Both the position numbers and the translations under genes were made by a program. A DNA stretch of 64,000 nucleotides. It comes from Naegleria gruberi (taxonomy: Eukaryota). This document shows positions 61,038 to 64,000 of the stretch, piece by piece. The notes beneath the pieces are model-generated. The model worked only from the letters and a program-made list of their open reading frames with translations. It ran no database searches and was not told the DNA's origin. The stretch is from NCBI GenBank assembly GCA_000004985.1, contig GG738869.1; one strand, written 5' to 3'. Each line of letters starts with the position of its first letter. Positions within the stretch are counted from its first letter, which is position 1.

Positions 61038-62156
61038 TTATTTAAAAACAAGAACAGTTTCATAGGAAATATCTGGAATTCTATTGGTAAGAAGTAATTG
61101 TCCAGTAGTTGAGTTGATTGTGAGGTCCATGTATGTTCCTTGGAATTTGTGTTGATTTTTGGCCTTTCCAAGATTTGGAATAGTGTTACCATTAAACATT
61201 GTTTCTGATCCATCTGGATGTACAATAACAATTGCATTACTTTCACAAGTGTTCATATTTCTATAACCTGCATAGATACAATTACTATTCTTGTCAAACT
61301 TCAATGATTCAATAGCACCAAGCTTTGGCAATTGTTGAGTACCAACAACTTTTCCATTTGGCTTCAAGATGGTCAACTCACTTGTGTATGAATTGGAAAG
61401 GCAAATATTACCATCCTTATTCAAACAGATGCAACTAACTTTCTGAGCTACACAATAGCCACTCATATCTTGACCAACATTGGCAAGAACTTTACCATTT
61501 GAACTATCAACTACACATACAGAAGGTTGTTGAATTCCAGAATAGAGAGAATCTCTTGCACAGTAAATTTTACCATTCTCATCAATGGTGCAATCTTTCA
61601 TATCTGAATCCAATGTTACTGCCCATTTTCTTTGTCTTCCATCGATGGATATCTTGTGAAGCTTGGTTTTCTGAAGAACAATAATACCATCACCTTTTGG
61701 ATCGACTTCCAAAGCATCGATTGCAAAGTCCAATTCTTTCAATTCGAAATTGTAAAGGAAATCCAAGGTTGTGGCATTGAACACAAAAATTCTAATAATG
61801 TGTCTATTCTCAGCTACAAAGATGAGGTTATTTTGTCTGTCGTAGGCAATTTTCTGTGGTTGTTGCATGGTAAGATTGAAATCTTCACGATCACCCAAAC
61901 ATTCAACAAAATCAAAATCTCCAGAGAAGTCAATTGGGTCTTTTGAGAGATGTTCAGTAGTTTTAACAAACTTTCTCTTGGTCATGGTTGAAGAGCTACT
62001 TGAGGTTGAAGTGCTTGATTGACTGGTCTCGTAGTCATCTTTATAAGATGGTTTTTCATCTCTTCCACGATTGTTACTTCTGACATTTGGAAGCAAATTC
62101 TTGATACGGCTTGCAGAACGAAGAATATTCTCAACATTGTTTAGAATTGAAGACAT
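61038..62156 (-). CDS. NHL/six-bladed beta-propeller-like protein
   Basis: The ORF extends to an ATG at 62228, but the ATG at 62156 has the typical acaaaATG A-rich context. Repeats such as NNLIFVAENRHIIRIF, GKIYCARDSLYSG and GNICLSNSYTSELTIL look like NHL-like blades. Confidence 0.5.
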   Translation of the reverse strand: MSSILNNVENILRSASRIKNLLPNVRSNNRGRDEKPSYKDDYETSQSSTSTSSSSSTMTKRKFVKTTEHLSKDPIDFSGDFDFVECLGDREDFNLTMQQPQKIAYDRQNNLIFVAENRHIIRIFVFNATTLDFLYNFELKELDFAIDALEVDPKGDGIIVLQKTKLHKISIDGRQRKWAVTLDSDMKDCTIDENGKIYCARDSLYSGIQQPSVCVVDSSNGKVLANVGQDMSGYCVAQKVSCICLNKDGNICLSNSYTSELTILKPNGKVVGTQQLPKLGAIESLKFDKNSNCIYAGYRNMNTCESNAIVIVHPDGSETMFNGNTIPNLGKAKNQHKFQGTYMDLTINSTTGQLLLTNRIPDISYETVLVFK

Positions 62157-62419
62157 TTTGTTTTTTAGTGTTTTGATTATCATAGTTTGACCATTTTCTC
62201 TTTTTAAAATGTTTGATCTTAATGTCATCCATCAAGATAATTAAGAAATTCAAGGAACAGTTAGGAACTGAGTCATACATTAATAAATCTATTAGATCTG
62301 TATCAACCCCCTGGTCAAGAAACAATAGATCAACATGAAACGTTCAAAAGGAGTTAATCAAAGTTCTTTTGCTTTCATTCATTTGTCATTATTTGGATTT
62401 TCTTTATCAAGTTGTTTAT

Positions 62420-63835
62420 TTACACAAATGAAATATCAGAAAACTTGTTGTTCAAGCTGGAATACAACTTGTTGATGAATTTTTCATCTTTTCTCTTCAA
62501 ATTATTAGAAATGAAAGGTTGGGAGTTATTGGAAACAATTCTTTGCATGCACGATTGTACTTCTTCTTCATTGGTCGTATTACACACGTGATAATCAAAC
62601 TTGGAGTCTTTACAATATTGTTGGAATAGGTTTTCATACTCGTTAATGGTTGAATTGAGTACACTTCTTTCCAAATTAAGATTGGACATGGATTTCAATT
62701 CTTCTTTCATAGAATCACAAACTTGTCTTTGATAACGAGCTTCTACTGAGAGTTTTTCTTGGAGAATATCTGGTTTTGAAAAGATTACAACCTTTCTGCT
62801 ATTCTTCAATTGTTTCTTGGTCAATAATTCTTTAAAGGTCTTTAAGCTTTCGTCCATTCTATTGGTTTTGGAATCTTCTATGGATTGCTGATTGAATTCA
62901 GAGAGGGAAACAAAGAGTAACAAGACATTGGTTCCTTCCAAATCGAGTGAATTCCATCTTCTTCTTTCCATCTTCTTTCCTCCAGCTGTAACCAAATTCA
63001 ATTCATGACTAGTGGAAAATCTTCTAATGGTTTCTCTTTGTGTCGAATTCGTGCTATTATATAATTGATATTTACATTTTTGAAGGCAGAGTTTACCATT
63101 CTTGAATACTTGATTCATATTTTCTGTGAAATGCTTTGCATCCTTATTCTTTTCATAGTAAGATTTCAGGCAAGTTGACCAAATTCTTTCAAAATCTGTG
63201 ATAATTATTTGAATTTCATCATCTTTCGGGGAGCTAACATCTTCTGTTGATTCCTCCCCACCAAAGAGAATCTTATTTGTCATCTCTGAACATTCTGGCC
63301 ATCTCTCATGTCCATCTTGTCTGTAACTCTTTGCTATCTGACTCATATGTCTACACAAACACTCAAAGTGTTCAGAAGTCGACACAGCCTTTGAATTGCT
63401 CTGATATTGCTCTGTCAATGTATTTACAAACGTACTCTTTCCACTATCTGAACCCCCCAAACACAACACATTCATTCTCTTGTTATTCATCTGCTGTTCA
63501 GTAATAGCACTGGCAGCAGCAGTAGTAGCATCAACACTCTCAATATTTACACAGTTCAAATTATCTTCATCATAACCATCACGTTCCTTTTTCTTGTTAA
63601 CATCGGATTCAACATTCACTTCATTAAGAATGCAACAATCACAATCAGAATCCTTATCTTCTTTAGCGGTGATTGCTGTTGAGAGGGACTGAGAAACACA
63701 CTCTATTAAACTCATTTGTTTTGTTTTATATATTGAATTGTATCTCGAGTTCCTAAAGTATTTAAATGAATTGCAGAATTGGTCTCTTGCTTTTTTGTTG
63801 TCCACCTTATTTGGAATTTTTAAAAAGATGCGCAT
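62420..63835 (-). CDS. Divergent heterotrimeric G-protein alpha-subunit-like protein
   Basis: P-loop VLCLGGSDSGKSTFV (canonical GxGESGKST). The switch II equivalent VTAGGKKMERRRW replaces canonical DVGGQRSERKKW. VLLLFVSLSEFNQ. IFSKPDIL replaces FLNKxD. An alternative, better-context start is at 63715 (acaaaacaaATG, MSLIECV). Confidence 0.6.
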   Translation of the reverse strand: MRIFLKIPNKVDNKKARDQFCNSFKYFRNSRYNSIYKTKQMSLIECVSQSLSTAITAKEDKDSDCDCCILNEVNVESDVNKKKERDGYDEDNLNCVNIESVDATTAAASAITEQQMNNKRMNVLCLGGSDSGKSTFVNTLTEQYQSNSKAVSTSEHFECLCRHMSQIAKSYRQDGHERWPECSEMTNKILFGGEESTEDVSSPKDDEIQIIITDFERIWSTCLKSYYEKNKDAKHFTENMNQVFKNGKLCLQKCKYQLYNSTNSTQRETIRRFSTSHELNLVTAGGKKMERRRWNSLDLEGTNVLLLFVSLSEFNQQSIEDSKTNRMDESLKTFKELLTKKQLKNSRKVVIFSKPDILQEKLSVEARYQRQVCDSMKEELKSMSNLNLERSVLNSTINEYENLFQQYCKDSKFDYHVCNTTNEEEVQSCMQRIVSNNSQPFISNNLKRKDEKFINKLYSSLNNKFSDISFV

Positions 63836-64000
63836 TGAATAAGTTGATTAGAGAGGAGATGATTGAATATATTCTCGTAGAGGAATGGAGAATGACCTAT
63901 TGTGTAAAAAACTATTCATGAAAGTCAATATCTCTTGGCATAAAAATTAGTTCAATAGTTGAGATTGAAGCATGTTTTGAAGATCGAACAAAAATGGAGC

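Noticed and set aside
1-64000. Prokaryote-style features (CRISPR arrays, operons, Shine-Dalgarno sites, rho-independent terminators, defence islands)
   Set aside because: None were seen. Spliceosomal introns, nuclear-type tRNAs, eukaryote-specific genes (eS8, EMC8, CFAP45, GRWD1, BRX1) and monocistronic spacing show that this is a eukaryotic chromosome segment.

Overview
This window is eukaryotic nuclear DNA, not prokaryotic. It is AT-rich and gene-dense on both strands. Start codons sit in A-rich contexts (aaaaATG). Introns are short GT..AG types (43-274 nt) with GTA(A/G/C/T)GT-type donors and CTAAT/CTAAC-like branch sites. Two nuclear-type tRNAs are present; I saw no rRNA genes, CRISPR arrays or operons. 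The gene content includes a DUF4116-repeat giant protein, an NgTet-like TET/JBP dioxygenase, CFAP45, a hybrid-cluster protein and NHL/EGF receptor kinases. Together with the intron style, this looks most like a heterolobosean amoeboflagellate of the Naegleria type; that is inference from memory, with no search run. I support about 35 protein-coding genes, 12 of them with hand-derived splice junctions. Note that the ORF track treats TTG/GTG as Met, so several listed starts are not real. The standout region is 18.0-27.8 kb, the only ORF-poor stretch. There, a stop-riddled paralogue of the intact NHL/EGF receptor-kinase gene at 30.6-34.4 kb is split by an intact, very AT-rich TET/JBP-family dioxygenase gene. 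Directly downstream lie a 909-aa ORF with DDE-transposase-like motifs plus a Cys cluster, and a 253-aa orphan gene. I read this as a candidate TET-plus-transposase accessory or mobile island; its boundaries are unresolved. A second item of interest is a head-to-head gene pair: a hybrid-cluster protein and a soluble diflavin (CPR-like) reductase. Both carry basic, acid-poor N-terminal extensions, which suggests an organelle-targeted HCP/reductase module. Smaller observations are start-codon-adjacent introns, repeat-phased introns in the DUF4116 gene, a 274-nt AG-free intron, several degenerate enzyme or GTPase motifs, and one gene whose two halves lie in different frames.
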